Notes: generated by a model from the sequence alone, not told the origin. Positions 41,603-52,746 are shown, numbered from the stretch's first letter. The stretch is DNA of 64,000 bases from Dongiaceae bacterium (GCA_050182275.1 JBFXCK010000002.1:154202-218201); one strand, 5' to 3'. A program made the numbers and translations.

Positions 41603-41829
41603 TAACCCAATATAGGGGGAGGGTGCTTTAATGCCTAGAGTTAGTTAACGATTTAGATGGGGAAAAGCCTTATTTCTCTATAAGAACATTTAGCTAACAT
41701 TGTTACCAGGCAAAGCGGGGGATAAGCCCTAAAAAGCTTGAAAAATAGGCGTTTTTTGCTAGTATGAGGCCTCTAAAATGGCTAGAAATAACTCGGCTAT
41801 TTTATCGGCTACACAAAGGAGCATTTCGC

Positions 41830-42282
41830 ATGGCTGGCAGTATCAATAAAGTTATTTTGGTCGGCAATTTGGGCCGCGATCCCGAATCCCGCACCATGAA
41901 TAATGGCGGCAAGGTGGTGAATTTATCAATTGCGACTTCCGAATCCTGGAAAGACAAAGCCAGCGGCGAACGCAAAGAAAAAACCGAATGGCACCGCGTC
42001 GTCATTTTCAACGACCGTTTGGGCGAAGTCGCCGAAAAATATTTGAAAAAAGGCTCGAAGGTTTATATCGAGGGCCAATTGCAAACCCGCAAATATCAGG
42101 ACAAAGACGGTCAGGAAAAATACACGACCGAAGTTGTCTTACAAAACTTCCGCGGCGAATTAACGATGCTGGATGGTAAAAGCAGCGCCGGCGGCGGTGA
42201 AACCAATGATAATAGCGGTTATCAGGCCCCCCAACGCGCAGCCTCCGGCGGCGGCGGGATGGATGATGATATTCCGTTCTAA
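41830..42282 (+). CDS. ssb: single-stranded DNA-binding protein
   Basis: [21 protein letters not shown] fold. Gly-rich tail ending DDDIPF. Confidence 0.9.
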   Translation: MAGSINKVILVGNLGRDPESRTMNNGGKVVNLSIATSESWKDKASGERKEKTEWHRVVIFNDRLGEVAEKYLKKGSKVYIEGQLQTRKYQDKDGQEKYTTEVVLQNFRGELTMLDGKSSAGGGETNDNSGYQAPQRAASGGGGMDDDIPF

Positions 42283-42294
42283 CCCTTTCTACCT

Positions 42295-42371
42295 AGCTCA
42301 TGGTTCGACTGGCTCACCATGAGCTAATTTTTCTAGTATTAAGTTCATCCTGAGCCCGTCGAAGGATGAGC
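42295..42371. repeat. palindromic intergenic element, family member 2 of 3 (hairpin order swapped, longer spacer)
   Basis: agctcatggttcgactggctcaccatgagct ... tcatcctgagcccgtcgaaggatgagcg. Confidence 0.65.
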
Positions 42372-42387
42372 GTCTTTAAAGAAGATC

Positions 42388-45075
42388 ATGACCACCAGCC
42401 CAATCCCTCCTAGCCTCGACATCACCTCCATCACGATTGAGGAGGAGATGAAGCGCTCCTATCTCGATTACGCGATGAGCGTTATTGTCTCGCGCGCGCT
42501 GCCCGATGTGCGCGACGGATTAAAGCCGGTGCATCGCCGCATTCTATTCGCCATGAAAGAAGGCGGGTATGATGCGGGCAAGCCGTTCCGCAAATCGGCC
42601 CGTATCGTCGGGGATGTTATGGGTAAATACCATCCGCACGGCGACACGGCGATTTATGACGCCATGGTGCGGATGGCCCAAGATTTCTCGATGCGCCTGC
42701 CCCTCATCGAAGGCCAGGGCAATTTTGGCTCGATGGATGGCGATGCGCCGGCCGCAATGCGGTATACCGAGGCTAGGCTTGATTGGTCGGCTGAGGCCCT
42801 GATTGCCGATATTGATAAAGACACCGTCGATTTTCAGCCCAATTACGATGGTTCGGAAAAAGAACCGCAAGTATTGCCGGCGCAATATCCCAACCTGTTG
42901 GTGAATGGCGCAAATGGCATTGCGGTGGGTATGGCCACCAACATTGCCCCCCATAATTTGGGCGAAGTGATTGACGCATGTTTGCGCTGTCTCGATAACC
43001 CTGAAGTTAGCATTGAAGAATTGATTGAAATCGTGCCGGGGCCTGATTTTCCGACCGGCGCCAGCATCATTGGCCGCGGCGGCGCGATTAGCGCCTTTAA
43101 AACCGGGCGTGGCAGCATCATTATGCGGGCTAAGCACCATATCGAGGAATTAAAGGGCGGACGCGAGGCTATCGTGTTCACCGAGATTCCTTATCAGGTG
43201 AATAAATCGAAATTATTGGAGCGTATCGGCGAAATCGCCCGCGAAAAAATCATCGAGGGCATTTCCGACATGCGCGACGAATCCGACCGCGATGGCGTGC
43301 GGGTCGTGGTCGAAACCAAAAAAGATGTTGATGCAAATGTGTTGCTGAACCAGCTTTACAAACATACGCCGTTGCAAACTTCGTTCGGGATTAACAATTT
43401 GGCCCTTAATGAGGGCCGTCCGGAACAAATGAATTTGAAGCAAATGCTTCAAGCGTTTCTTACTTTCCGCGAAGAAGTTATTACGCGGCGCAGCGAATTT
43501 GATTTGGGCAAGGCGCGGGACAGGGCGCATATTTTGCTGGGCCTTGCCATCGCCGTCGCCAATATTGACGCGGTGATCGAGTTAATCCGCAAGGCCGCCG
43601 ATCCGAATGTGGCGCGCGAACAATTAATGGCCAAAGCCTGGCCTTTTGCCGATGTGGCGGCATTGCTGGAACGTATCGGCGATCCGAAAAGCCAGATCGA
43701 AGGTAAAAACTATAAACTAACCGAGGCTCAAGCCAAGGCGATTTTAGACTTGCGCCTGCAGCGTTTAACGGGATTAGAGCGCGATAAAATCGCGAATGAA
43801 TTAGATGAATTATCGGCCAACATTACAGGCCTGCTTGAAATTTTGCGCAACCGCGCCCGGCGCCTTGATGTAATGCGGGAAGAATTGCGTTTGATCAAAC
43901 AAAAATTCGCCACCCCGCGCCGCAGCGTGATTGAAGACAGCGAAGTCGATCAAGACATCGAAGATTTGATCCAGCGCGAAGACATGGTGGTTACGGTTTC
44001 GCACGCCGGCTATATCAAGCGCGTGCCGCTTTCCACTTACCGCGCGCAGCGCCGGGGCGGCAAGGGCCGCAGCGGCATGAGCACCAAGGAAGAAGATTTT
44101 GTCACCACCATTTTCCCGGCCAATACCCATACGCCCATTCTGTTTTTCTCGACCAAGGGCAAGGTTTATGAACTAAAAACCTACCGCCTGCCGCTGGGCA
44201 ACCCCCAGGCGCGCGGCAAGCCCATGATTAATATGCTGCCGCTTGAAGCCGGTGAAACTATTTCCACCGTTTTGGTCTTGCCGGAAGATGAGGCTAGCTG
44301 GCCAAGCTTGAATATTATGTTCGCCACTTCCGAGGGCAATGTACGGCGCAATACTTTGAATGATTTCTTGAACATCAAGGCTAATGGCAAAATCGCCATG
44401 AAGCTCGAAGGCGATGAGCGCTTGATTTCGGTTAAAACCTGCACCGAGGATCAGGATATTTTGCTCTCCACCGCCCATGGCAAGGCGATCCGCTTTAATG
44501 TGAATGAGGTGCGGGTGTTTTCTTCGCGCAATTCCACCGGCGTGCGCGGCATCAAGCTTGCCAAAAATGACTTGGTCATCGGCATGACCGTGCTGAAGTC
44601 GATGGATGCCTTGGCCGATGAGCGCGAGGCCTATGTCCGCATGTCGAAGGCTGAACGGCGCAGCGATGATGAAGTAATCGAGGCCGAGGAAAAAACCACC
44701 GATCTAACTTTAACGCCGGAACGCTATCAGCAATTGGCGGTGCAAGAGGAATTTATTTTAACCGTGACCGCCAAGGGTTTCGCCAAGCGCACTTCGGCCT
44801 ATGAATACCGTACCACAGGGCGCGGCGGATCGGGCATTGCGGCGGTGGAATTGACCGGCAAAAACGGCTGGGTGGTTAATTCCTTCCCGGTTGAAAATAA
44901 AGATCAAATCATGCTGGTGACCAATGGCGGCAAATTGATCCGCTGCCCGGTCAAGGATATCCGCATCGCCGGCCGCCGCACGCAGGGCGTTACCGTGTTA
45001 AAGGTCGAGGAGGGCGAACACGTGGTTTCCGCCGCCCATTTAGCCGAAGAAAATGAAGAGGCCGGGGCGGAATAA
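42388..45075 (+). CDS. gyrA: DNA gyrase subunit A
   Basis: [18 protein letters not shown], active-site [11 protein letters not shown]-terminal beta-pinwheel repeats. Confidence 0.95.
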   Translation: MTTSPIPPSLDITSITIEEEMKRSYLDYAMSVIVSRALPDVRDGLKPVHRRILFAMKEGGYDAGKPFRKSARIVGDVMGKYHPHGDTAIYDAMVRMAQDFSMRLPLIEGQGNFGSMDGDAPAAMRYTEARLDWSAEALIADIDKDTVDFQPNYDGSEKEPQVLPAQYPNLLVNGANGIAVGMATNIAPHNLGEVIDACLRCLDNPEVSIEELIEIVPGPDFPTGASIIGRGGAISAFKTGRGSIIMRAKHHIEELKGGREAIVFTEIPYQVNKSKLLERIGEIAREKIIEGISDMRDESDRDGVRVVVETKKDVDANVLLNQLYKHTPLQTSFGINNLALNEGRPEQMNLKQMLQAFLTFREEVITRRSEFDLGKARDRAHILLGLAIAVANIDAVIELIRKAADPNVAREQLMAKAWPFADVAALLERIGDPKSQIEGKNYKLTEAQAKAILDLRLQRLTGLERDKIANELDELSANITGLLEILRNRARRLDVMREELRLIKQKFATPRRSVIEDSEVDQDIEDLIQREDMVVTVSHAGYIKRVPLSTYRAQRRGGKGRSGMSTKEEDFVTTIFPANTHTPILFFSTKGKVYELKTYRLPLGNPQARGKPMINMLPLEAGETISTVLVLPEDEASWPSLNIMFATSEGNVRRNTLNDFLNIKANGKIAMKLEGDERLISVKTCTEDQDILLSTAHGKAIRFNVNEVRVFSSRNSTGVRGIKLAKNDLVIGMTVLKSMDALADEREAYVRMSKAERRSDDEVIEAEEKTTDLTLTPERYQQLAVQEEFILTVTAKGFAKRTSAYEYRTTGRGGSGIAAVELTGKNGWVVNSFPVENKDQIMLVTNGGKLIRCPVKDIRIAGRRTQGVTVLKVEEGEHVVSAAHLAEENEEAGAE

Positions 45076-45077
45076 GC

Positions 45078-45611
45078 ATGGGAAAAATGCTTCATCCCCG
45101 CATCGCCGTATACCCTGGAACCTTCGATCCCATCACCTTCGGCCATGCCGATGTTATTCAGCGCGCTTGCAAATTGGTGGATAAATTGGTGATTGGCGTT
45201 GCCGCCAATGCGGGGAAAGATCCGTTATTTTCCTTAAATGAACGGGTTGATTTAATCCGTGGGGAAATTAAGGCCATGCGGCTTTCTTGCGAAATCGCGG
45301 TTAAGCCTTTCGATAATTTATTAATGGATTTTGCGACCGAAGAACATGCAACCGTTTTGATCCGGGGTTTGCGCGTGGTATCGGATTTTGAATATGAATT
45401 TCAAATGGCCGGCATGAACGCCAAGCTTAACCCCGATATCGAGGCAGTCTTTTTAATGGCCGATGCCAAGCTGCAGCTTATTTCCTCCCGCTTCGTCAAG
45501 GAAATCGCCAGGCTCGGCGGGGATGTCACCCATTTCGTCAGCGAGGCGGTGGCCCATGCCTTATGGCAGAAATTCTTTCCCGGCGCGGTCGCGGGTAAGC
45601 GGAAGATATAA
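45078..45611 (+). CDS. coaD: phosphopantetheine adenylyltransferase
   Basis: YPGTFDPITFGH motif. Confidence 0.9.
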   Translation: MGKMLHPRIAVYPGTFDPITFGHADVIQRACKLVDKLVIGVAANAGKDPLFSLNERVDLIRGEIKAMRLSCEIAVKPFDNLLMDFATEEHATVLIRGLRVVSDFEYEFQMAGMNAKLNPDIEAVFLMADAKLQLISSRFVKEIARLGGDVTHFVSEAVAHALWQKFFPGAVAGKRKI

Positions 45612-45664
45612 CATAAATGATTAAATGGCCTGCCATCCGAAGCTTGGCAAAGCCAAGCGCAGGA

Positions 45665-45935
45665 TGGTGAGTGAGAGCGGTTGAGGATCGAACCAGCCAA
45701 GCAAAGCGAAGCTTTGTTGGCGCAAAAATGGTGGGTTCGCTAAAGATCTCGGAAAACTGGTGAGAGCGGTTGAGGATCGAACCAGCCAAGCAAAGCGAAG
45801 CTTTGTTGGCACAAAAATGGTGGGTTCGCTAAAGATCTCGGAAAACTGGTGAGAGCGGTTGAGGATCGAACCAGCCAAGCAAAGCGAAGCTTTGTTGGCA
45901 CAAAAATGGTGGGTTCGCTAAAGATCTCGGAAAAC
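45665..45935. repeat. three tandem ~89-bp units (93, 89, 89 bp), each a diverged 26-nt tRNA-Lys 3'-end copy plus a conserved hairpin module; abuts the genuine tRNA-Lys
   Basis: Unit: tggtgagagcggttgaggatcgaacc + agccaagcaaagcgaagctttgttggcacaaaaatggtgggttcgctaaagatctcggaaaac. Units 2 and 3 are identical. Unit 1 carries an extra gtga and a g/a difference. The same module architecture occurs at 14480..14572. Confidence 0.85.
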
Positions 45936-46010
<75 letters not shown>

Positions 46011-46048
46011 ATTGGAAGGGGCTGTTTTACTGGGCTTTCGGATAAAGG

Positions 46049-47257
46049 TCAACCGTTTATTGGACGGGCTTGCGGACGCCAGCGTTGCCAGGCGAAATCG
46101 ATTAAGCAACCCACCACCACCGCAAAAATCAGATTAACCAGCACGGTTAGAATCATGACAATTGCCATTAATATCCGATCGAATTTAGGCATCGGCTCAG
46201 AAGGTTTAAAATAGTGCCACTCAATAATATTCCAGCCTACCACCAGCAATATTCCGGCCAAGACCGCATGCGGAATATGCGAGGCCAGGGGCCCAAGCCC
46301 CAGCACTAAAGATAATAAAACCAACGCATGAATCATGCCCGATAAGGGCGTGCGCCCGCCGGCTTTAATGTTGGTGATAGTGCGCATGATCGCGCCCGAA
46401 CCTACCAGCCCGCCAAAAAAACCGGCCAGCATATTGCCAATGCCTTGGCCGATTAGTTCACGGTCGGAATTATGTTTATCGCCGGTGGCGCGGTCGGCGA
46501 TGCTGGCGGTTAAGAGACTGTCGATATTGCCGATTAAGGCTAGCACCAGCGCTGAAAAAATAATTACCGGCGCTGTTTGCCAACTCCAGCCGGGCAGGAT
46601 GAATTTCGGCAGGCCTTCCGGAATGGCGCCCAGGGTTGGAATATCAAAGAAAAAATAAGCCAGTAACGTTCCCGCAATCAATGCTAGCAGTGGCGCGGGA
46701 TAGCGCGGGTTGGGCAATTTGATGGCCGAAATAACCAGCGCCGCCAAACCCACTATCAAGGAGGGGATGCTAATTTCCTGCAAAAAGCCGGGCAGGGCCC
46801 GGATTGCGGCCATTACATGATGAGGCGATTCATGGCCCAGAATATCGCCCAGTTGCAGAGCAATAATAATTATTCCAACCCCGCTCATAAAACCGGAAAT
46901 CACCGGATCCCTGACCCATTCGATATATTTGCCCAGCTTTAATAGGCCGGTGCCGATTTGAATGGCGCCCGCCAGCACGATCACAGCCAAGGCTGCTTTC
47001 AAATCGTGCAGCTGCGCGACGACGCCGGCCATCACCACCACCATCGGGCCGGTTGGCCCCGATATTTGTGCGGGCGAGCCGCCGAAGGCCGAGGCGAAAA
47101 ACCCTAGAAAAATCGCACCATATAATCCGGCGATCGCCCCCATGCCCGACGCGACGCCGAACGCTAAGCACAAGGGCAGGGCCACGACCGCCACGGTAAT
47201 GCCGCCTATAATATCGCCATGGAGATTTTTGAGGCTAAGATTGGAAAAGATTTTCAT
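46049..47257 (-). CDS. SulP-family anion permease, short form without a STAS domain
   Basis: GITVAVVALPLCLAFGVASG and PTGPMVVVMAGV SulP motifs. Only 402 aa. Confidence 0.75.
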   Translation of the reverse strand: MKIFSNLSLKNLHGDIIGGITVAVVALPLCLAFGVASGMGAIAGLYGAIFLGFFASAFGGSPAQISGPTGPMVVVMAGVVAQLHDLKAALAVIVLAGAIQIGTGLLKLGKYIEWVRDPVISGFMSGVGIIIIALQLGDILGHESPHHVMAAIRALPGFLQEISIPSLIVGLAALVISAIKLPNPRYPAPLLALIAGTLLAYFFFDIPTLGAIPEGLPKFILPGWSWQTAPVIIFSALVLALIGNIDSLLTASIADRATGDKHNSDRELIGQGIGNMLAGFFGGLVGSGAIMRTITNIKAGGRTPLSGMIHALVLLSLVLGLGPLASHIPHAVLAGILLVVGWNIIEWHYFKPSEPMPKFDRILMAIVMILTVLVNLIFAVVVGCLIDFAWQRWRPQARPING

Positions 47258-47271
47258 GAGCCTTTAAAGGT

Positions 47272-47344
47272 AGCTCATGGTGAGCTTGTCGAACCATGAG
47301 CGGATAGAATTGTTAGATCATCCTTCGACAAGCTCAGGATGAAC
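47272..47344. repeat. palindromic intergenic element, family member 3 of 3 (stems retained, loops exchanged relative to member 1)
   Basis: agctcatggt[gagcttgtcgaa]ccatgagcg ... catcc[ttcgacaagctca]ggatg. Confidence 0.65.
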
Positions 47345-47351
47345 ATAAAGT

Positions 47352-48467
47352 TTAAGCAACTAATTTAGTAAGCGGCGTATAGGGCAAATTCAAATCTTCG
47401 GCGACGGCAGGGTAGGTGAGTTTGCCCAGGCATACATTCAAGCCATTGGCCAAATGCGCATCATCTTGGCAAGCTTTTTTCCAGCCCTTATTCGCCAGCG
47501 CCATAGTGAAAGGCAGGGTCGCATTATTCAGCGCGAAAGACGAAGTGCGCGAAACCGCGCCTGGCATGTTGGTCACGCAATAATGCACGACATCATGTTT
47601 AACAAAAGTCGGATTCTGATGGCTGGTCGGCTGGCTGGTTTCAAAACAGCCGCCTTGGTCGATCGCCACATCCACCACCACCGCGCCGGGATGCATGGAT
47701 TTAATCATGGCTTCGGACACCAATTTAGGCGCCGCCGCGCCATGCACCAATACCGCGCCAATGACCAAATCAGCGCTTTTGACATTTTCTTCGATCGCCT
47801 CGTAGGTGGAATAAAGCGTGGTGACCGCGCCGCGGTATTGCGCATCGATGTAATGGAGGCGTTCAACGCTTTTATCAATAACGGTCACGCGCGCGCCCAT
47901 GCCGGTCGCCATCCATAAAGCGTTAGTTCCAACCACGCCGCCGCCGATAATAACGACACGGGCAGGGGCCACGCCCGGCACGCCGCCCAATAACATTCCG
48001 GCGCCGCCTTGGGGCTTTTCCAGGCAGCGGGCGCCAACTTGAATCGACATTCTTCCCGCCACTTCGCTCATTGGGGCAAGCAGGGGAAGTCCGCCCTTAG
48101 CGTCGGTTACGGTTTCATAGGCAATCGCCACACAGCCGGAATCCATCAAGGCCTTGGTTTGTTTTAAGTCGGCGGCCAGGTGCAAATAGGTAAAAAGGAT
48201 TTGGCCTTCGCGTAACAATTTATATTCCGATTCTTGCGGTTCTTTGACCTTAACGATCATATCGGCTTTAGCGAAAATTTCTGCGGCAGTGGGAAGGATT
48301 TTAGCGCCGGCGGCTTCATATTCCCGGTTCTCTTTGCCGATGCCGATACCGGCATTGTTTTCGACGAAAACTTCATGGCCGGCCCGCACCAATTCTTTGA
48401 CACTGCCAGGGATCATTCCCACCCGGTATTCATGATTTTTGATTTCACTTGGAACGCCGATACGCAT
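47352..48467 (-). CDS. ald: alanine dehydrogenase
   Basis: 371 aa. [40 protein letters not shown] and PTF.HD..HYCV.NMP blocks match Ald rather than PntA. Confidence 0.85.
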   Translation of the reverse strand: MRIGVPSEIKNHEYRVGMIPGSVKELVRAGHEVFVENNAGIGIGKENREYEAAGAKILPTAAEIFAKADMIVKVKEPQESEYKLLREGQILFTYLHLAADLKQTKALMDSGCVAIAYETVTDAKGGLPLLAPMSEVAGRMSIQVGARCLEKPQGGAGMLLGGVPGVAPARVVIIGGGVVGTNALWMATGMGARVTVIDKSVERLHYIDAQYRGAVTTLYSTYEAIEENVKSADLVIGAVLVHGAAAPKLVSEAMIKSMHPGAVVVDVAIDQGGCFETSQPTSHQNPTFVKHDVVHYCVTNMPGAVSRTSSFALNNATLPFTMALANKGWKKACQDDAHLANGLNVCLGKLTYPAVAEDLNLPYTPLTKLVA

Positions 48468-48680
48468 GACAACCCTCTTGCTAAAAAACGATTAACGGAT
48501 CGTTAACCGTATAGGCCTTTTGCCGCTTTAATGCCAATGGAAAGCCGTGCAGTGCAAAAAAAGAGGGCCAAAAAAGGTAAAATTATAGGCTTCGTAAAGG
48601 GTGCCGTAACCTTCTCCACGTAAACTGAACCTATAAGACATTAAAAAATAAAAAAAACACACAGGGAAAGGGTTCGGCAG

Positions 48681-49400
48681 ATGGTAGTGCGCGCAGTGCC
48701 TCTAGGGGGGCTTAAGCGGGTTTTTTCTACTCTATTTTTGGCGATTTTAACGGCTTTTCTCTTGGGCGTAATGAATGCCCGGGCCGAAGAAAACCTGACC
48801 AGCACTTATTCACAACTTTTTAACACGCTTGAAATTCGTGTGGGCAAGCCGGTACAGCACGTGCCGCGCGCCGCTATTTTATCGGTGGCTTTGCGTCAAT
48901 TAAATGATCAAAGCCTGCAATCTTCCGGCATGCAGGAATGGCGCGCCTTGGTGGCGGCTTTGCAGGGAAAACCCGCTTATGAGCAAGTGAATAAGGTTAA
49001 TGCTTTTTTCAACCGCATCCGCTATGTGGCGGACGGCGCTAATGGCGGGCCCAGCGATGATTGGGCGCCGCCTTCGCAATTCCTGGCAAAAGGCGGGGAT
49101 TGTGAGGATTATGCGATTGCCAAATTCGCCACTTTGCGGGCGCTTGGCTTTACCGCCGATCAAGTGCGTTTGGTGCTGGTTGAAAATACCATCACCAATA
49201 AAAAACACGCTATCGGCGCGATTTATTTAAATGGCCAAACGCTGCTCATGGATAATATGAGCCAGTCTTTGCGCACCCCTGAGCAGGTGGATTATTACCG
49301 TCCGATCGCTTCCTTAGATGAAAACCGTCTATGGGTTCACATCCGTCCCCAATCGCCGCGGAACGTTGCTGCCCTGCAGCGGACAGATAAACAGGGATAA
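48681..49400 (+). CDS. periplasmic transglutaminase-like cysteine protease (BTLCP / LapG-like)
   Basis: Signal peptide plus GGDCEDYAIAKFATLRALG Cys-His-Asp core typical of BTLCP. Confidence 0.7.
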   Translation: MVVRAVPLGGLKRVFSTLFLAILTAFLLGVMNARAEENLTSTYSQLFNTLEIRVGKPVQHVPRAAILSVALRQLNDQSLQSSGMQEWRALVAALQGKPAYEQVNKVNAFFNRIRYVADGANGGPSDDWAPPSQFLAKGGDCEDYAIAKFATLRALGFTADQVRLVLVENTITNKKHAIGAIYLNGQTLLMDNMSQSLRTPEQVDYYRPIASLDENRLWVHIRPQSPRNVAALQRTDKQG

Positions 49401-49564
49401 CTAAAAGACCTCTAGCCAAATCCTCCATCTTTTGCTAAAAAAGCTATACGTCCAGAAAGCTTTGTAGCCTCTATAGATAAGGGGTTGACCTTCCTGGCCG
49501 TTAAGGGTTTATTTTCATTTGTTCCCCTATCTTATTCATTTCAAGCGATGAACGGGCTTTTATT

Positions 49565-50887
49565 ATGAAAAAATTATACGTCGCGATTTTTAGCATTCTC
49601 TTTATCGGCCTGACCCCTGGCGCCATGGCCGCCTCGCTCGGCAGCGCGGTACAGCAAGCCATCAGCACTAACCCCGATATCGGGGTGGTGTTAAGCGATA
49701 AAGATGTCGCTGAAGGCGATTTAAGCGAGGCGCGCGCCGGTTTCTATCCTTCTGTCGATTTACAGGCCAATGCCGGCCGTGAACATACCGATTCGCCCAG
49801 CACGCGCTCTAACGCCAGTGATCCTGATCCCAGCTTGAACCGCAAAGAAGCTTCGCTGACTTTGCGTCAATTATTATTCGATGGTTTTGGGGTGTGGAAC
49901 GAAGTCAAGCGCCGTAAAGCCTTGCTCGCATCTTCCGAAAACCGCGTGAAAGAACGTTCGGAACAAATCGCTTTGGATGCGATCGAAGCCTATCTCGAAG
50001 TTTTGCGCCGTAACCGCTTGGTGCAATTGGCCGAAGAAAATCTTGCCCGCCATGAATCGACTTTGGATATGGTGCAACGCCGCGCTGAAGGCGGCGGCGG
50101 CAGTGTGGCCGATGTGCGTCAAGCCGAGGCGCGGCTTGGAAATGCCCAAACCATTCTAACCCAGGTCGAACAAAATTTAAGCGATGCCGAAGCTACTTAT
50201 CAACGCGTGGTTGGCGTCAGGCCCGACGAATTAACGCGCCCCAATTTGGAAGGGGGGGCATTGCCATCTTCCCTGGATGCCGCCATCGCCCGGGCGATTG
50301 ATAATAATCCCAGCGTTTTAAGCGCTAAAACCGATTTAGACGCAGCCGATGCAGCGGTATCCGCTTCCAATGCGCCTTTCTCGCCGCGTTTTGATTTGGA
50401 ATTGCGCGGCCGCACCGGCAGCGATCTTGACGGATTACGCGGCGATAATGACCAAACCGCTGCCTTAGTGGTGGCGCGGTGGAATCTTTTCCGCGGCGGC
50501 GCCGATGCGGCGCGCAAGCGTTCAAACATCGCCCGTCAAATGCGGGCCAAAGACGTCATTGCCCGCACCCAGCGTGTAGCGGCCGAGCAAAGCCGCTTGG
50601 CTTGGAATGCTTTGACTTCGGCCCGCGGCCGGGTCGCCAGCTTGCGCAACGTGGTCGAGGCCAATGAGCGGGTGCGTGAAGCCTATGGCCAACAATTTGA
50701 ATTGAGTCAGCGCAGCCTGCTTGATTTGCTGGATTCGGAAAACGAGCTTTTCTTATCGCGCAGCGATTTGGTGACCGCGGAATATACCGCTTTATTCGGC
50801 GGCTACCGTTTGCTGGGGGCGATGGGGGCGTTATTGAACCATTTGAATATCCCCGTGCCGGCGGACAAACAAGTGGCGGCGCGGTAA
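49565..50887 (+). CDS. TolC-family outer-membrane efflux/type I secretion protein
   Basis: Signal peptide, two internal TolC repeats, 440 aa. Confidence 0.85.
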   Translation: MKKLYVAIFSILFIGLTPGAMAASLGSAVQQAISTNPDIGVVLSDKDVAEGDLSEARAGFYPSVDLQANAGREHTDSPSTRSNASDPDPSLNRKEASLTLRQLLFDGFGVWNEVKRRKALLASSENRVKERSEQIALDAIEAYLEVLRRNRLVQLAEENLARHESTLDMVQRRAEGGGGSVADVRQAEARLGNAQTILTQVEQNLSDAEATYQRVVGVRPDELTRPNLEGGALPSSLDAAIARAIDNNPSVLSAKTDLDAADAAVSASNAPFSPRFDLELRGRTGSDLDGLRGDNDQTAALVVARWNLFRGGADAARKRSNIARQMRAKDVIARTQRVAAEQSRLAWNALTSARGRVASLRNVVEANERVREAYGQQFELSQRSLLDLLDSENELFLSRSDLVTAEYTALFGGYRLLGAMGALLNHLNIPVPADKQVAAR

Positions 50888-50899
50888 GGCCGATCTTAT

Positions 50900-51889
50900 T
50901 TATTTAACCAGGCCTCTTTCCATTAATTTTTTGGCGATCATCTCTATCACCGATTTATTTTCGGGGGGCGGCGCTTTATCCAGGGCCATCAGCGCGCCTA
51001 GATGCCAAAAGGAATGGTTAATTACTTGGGCTAATTGCATCATCCAAAGTGCAGCGCCAAAGCGGGCGTCGTTTTCAATAGGGTTGTGAAAATAAGCGGC
51101 TGGATAGTGGCGCGCGTTAAAATAAAGGCGGTAATTGCCCAATAAAATGGCCCTTGTTTCTACATCAATCGCTGTCCCTTCTTTTGCAGCCGGCGGATTT
51201 TTGCCCCAGCAATATTGCAAATGGTGGCAATTTTCATGAAGCAAAATGACGATGTCGTTGAGCAGTAAATCGGGATCGTTATAGCCGCCCCTTTTTTTAT
51301 TGACGGTTATTTCGGTTTTTCCGCACTTATAATGGCCGCCTACGGAACCCGCCGAAGTTTTTTTGCGGATTCTTCTTACCTGCAGGCCGGGCAGGGAAAC
51401 TCCGCAAGCCTCGGCCAGCAAGCGGTTCATTTTTTGTAAGACTTTGAGCCTAAGTTCGCCGGTATAAGGAATTTCCCGGTCGGTGATTTTTCTTAAACAA
51501 TCCAGGAATTCGGGCTGTTGCCGCAGCAAATCCGCCAGCCGGAGCGCTTTTTGGCGGTATAATTTTAGCAGCGCCGATAAAAAATTTTGCCGTGAACGGT
51601 GCAGCCTTTGCAGGGCGGCGGTTTCCTCCGGGTATTTTTTCTCGATGCTTTTAAATGAAATACTGCTGTCGTAGGAATGAAGGGGCAAATTATAAAGCCG
51701 CGCCACCAGCCGCCGCGCTTGCTCGACGGGCATAGCTGATAAATCCTCATCCGATATTTTTTTCAATTGTTCGATCACCAGGCGCCTATCGGCGGCGGCT
51801 GCCTCTTCAGCGCGGCTAACGCGCCGTTTTTGCGGCGGTAAAACCGCCAAAGCTGCCTCGGCGATGATGGGATAGGTTTGCAGAACCAT
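50900..51889 (-). CDS. hypothetical protein with HExxH motif (putative Zn-metallopeptidase), co-directional and downstream of the cI-like repressor
   Basis: ILLHENCHHLQY is the only recognisable motif. 329 aa. Confidence 0.5.
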   Translation of the reverse strand: MVLQTYPIIAEAALAVLPPQKRRVSRAEEAAAADRRLVIEQLKKISDEDLSAMPVEQARRLVARLYNLPLHSYDSSISFKSIEKKYPEETAALQRLHRSRQNFLSALLKLYRQKALRLADLLRQQPEFLDCLRKITDREIPYTGELRLKVLQKMNRLLAEACGVSLPGLQVRRIRKKTSAGSVGGHYKCGKTEITVNKKRGGYNDPDLLLNDIVILLHENCHHLQYCWGKNPPAAKEGTAIDVETRAILLGNYRLYFNARHYPAAYFHNPIENDARFGAALWMMQLAQVINHSFWHLGALMALDKAPPPENKSVIEMIAKKLMERGLVK

Positions 51890-51953
51890 TTTTTATTGCA
51901 CCCTCTGGCCGGCACATTATTATTTTGTATCCCTAAAGTCAACGAGTTTGGGG

Positions 51954-52676
51954 CTAAAAATATTCTTGCACCCCGATCACCCGGTAAATGCTTTTAACTC
52001 TATTCCGGGGAATAGTGATTTCCTGGGCGGGGTTGAATTGTTTTAAAATAAGGGCGGCGCCTTCTTCCTTTAGATATTGCTTGACCAGGCCCTGACCGTC
52101 TTTCAGCTCGACTACCACAAAGCAGTTTTTGGACAGGGGGCGGTTAGGGTTGATGTAGAGCACTTCGCCGGGAAAGAAGCGCGGTTCCATGCTTTCGCCA
52201 TTCACATAGACCGCAAAGGCGTTTTTGACCCCATTGAGAGAGGAAGGCCGTTCAATCATTTCATGAATATCGCCATTTGATAAGAAAAACCCTTCTTTGC
52301 CGCCCTTGGCTGCGCCTAAAACCGGCAAATCACGCGAAAACTGCTTGGAAAGCGGTGAAAAATCGGTTTTTTCCGCTAAAAGATGCGGCGGGATGGAAAT
52401 GGATTTTTCCGGTAGCGCGGTAGTATTTTGGGCGGTTTCAGGAAGTAGTTCGCTAATATCGCAACCCAAACCGGCAGCGATTCTGCGCATCCAATCAACC
52501 GTTAGACGCCGTTCGCCTTTTTCGAGTTTATCAATTTGCGCCTTGCTGGTGCCGATACGGTCGGCCAGCTCTTGCATCGTGAGATCAAGACCGAGGCGGA
52601 TGTCGCGAATGCGGTTGATGGAGGGCTCCATAATCAAGGCAGCATAGACCGGCTGTTTAGTGGCGTAAATATACAA
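51954..52676 (-). CDS. phage cI/LexA-like repressor: XRE-family HTH plus S24 self-cleaving peptidase domain
   Basis: HTH LTMQELADRIGTSKAQIDKLEKGER. C-terminal FAVYVNGESMEPRFFPGEVLYINP...GLVKQY (S24 Ser/Lys dyad context). Alternative start MEPSIN at 52631. Confidence 0.8.
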   Translation of the reverse strand: MYIYATKQPVYAALIMEPSINRIRDIRLGLDLTMQELADRIGTSKAQIDKLEKGERRLTVDWMRRIAAGLGCDISELLPETAQNTTALPEKSISIPPHLLAEKTDFSPLSKQFSRDLPVLGAAKGGKEGFFLSNGDIHEMIERPSSLNGVKNAFAVYVNGESMEPRFFPGEVLYINPNRPLSKNCFVVVELKDGQGLVKQYLKEEGAALILKQFNPAQEITIPRNRVKSIYRVIGVQEYF

Positions 52677-52678
52677 AA

Positions 52679-52693
52679 GTATACAAATTGTAT
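52679..52693. promoter_or_regulatory. perfect palindrome TATACAAATTGTATA in the divergent promoter region (candidate operator)
   Basis: Lies between the divergently transcribed repressor and HTH genes. AT-rich context carries TATA-like hexamers. Confidence 0.5.
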
Positions 52694-52729
52694 ATTTTGT
52701 GGATAATTGGATACCAAATCTTGTTAAAA

Positions 52730-52746
52730 GTAACCAGAATGGTTAC
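52730..52746. promoter_or_regulatory. perfect palindrome GTAACCAGAATGGTTAC (candidate operator) just upstream of the Cro-like gene
   Basis: 6-5-6 inverted repeat located 10 bp upstream of the ATG at 52757. Confidence 0.5.

Noticed and set aside
41603-41829. Canonical alphaproteobacterial LexA box (GTTC-N7-GTTC) between uvrA and ssb
   Set aside because: Only GAAC-N7-TAAC is present. It is not a convincing match.
42544-44478. Multiple minus-strand ORFs of 60 to 200 aa
   Set aside because: Antisense to gyrA, which has unambiguous motifs.
45665-45935. Possible CRISPR array
   Set aside because: Repeats are separated by identical rather than unique intervening sequence. The units are copies of a tRNA 3' end, and no cas genes are present.
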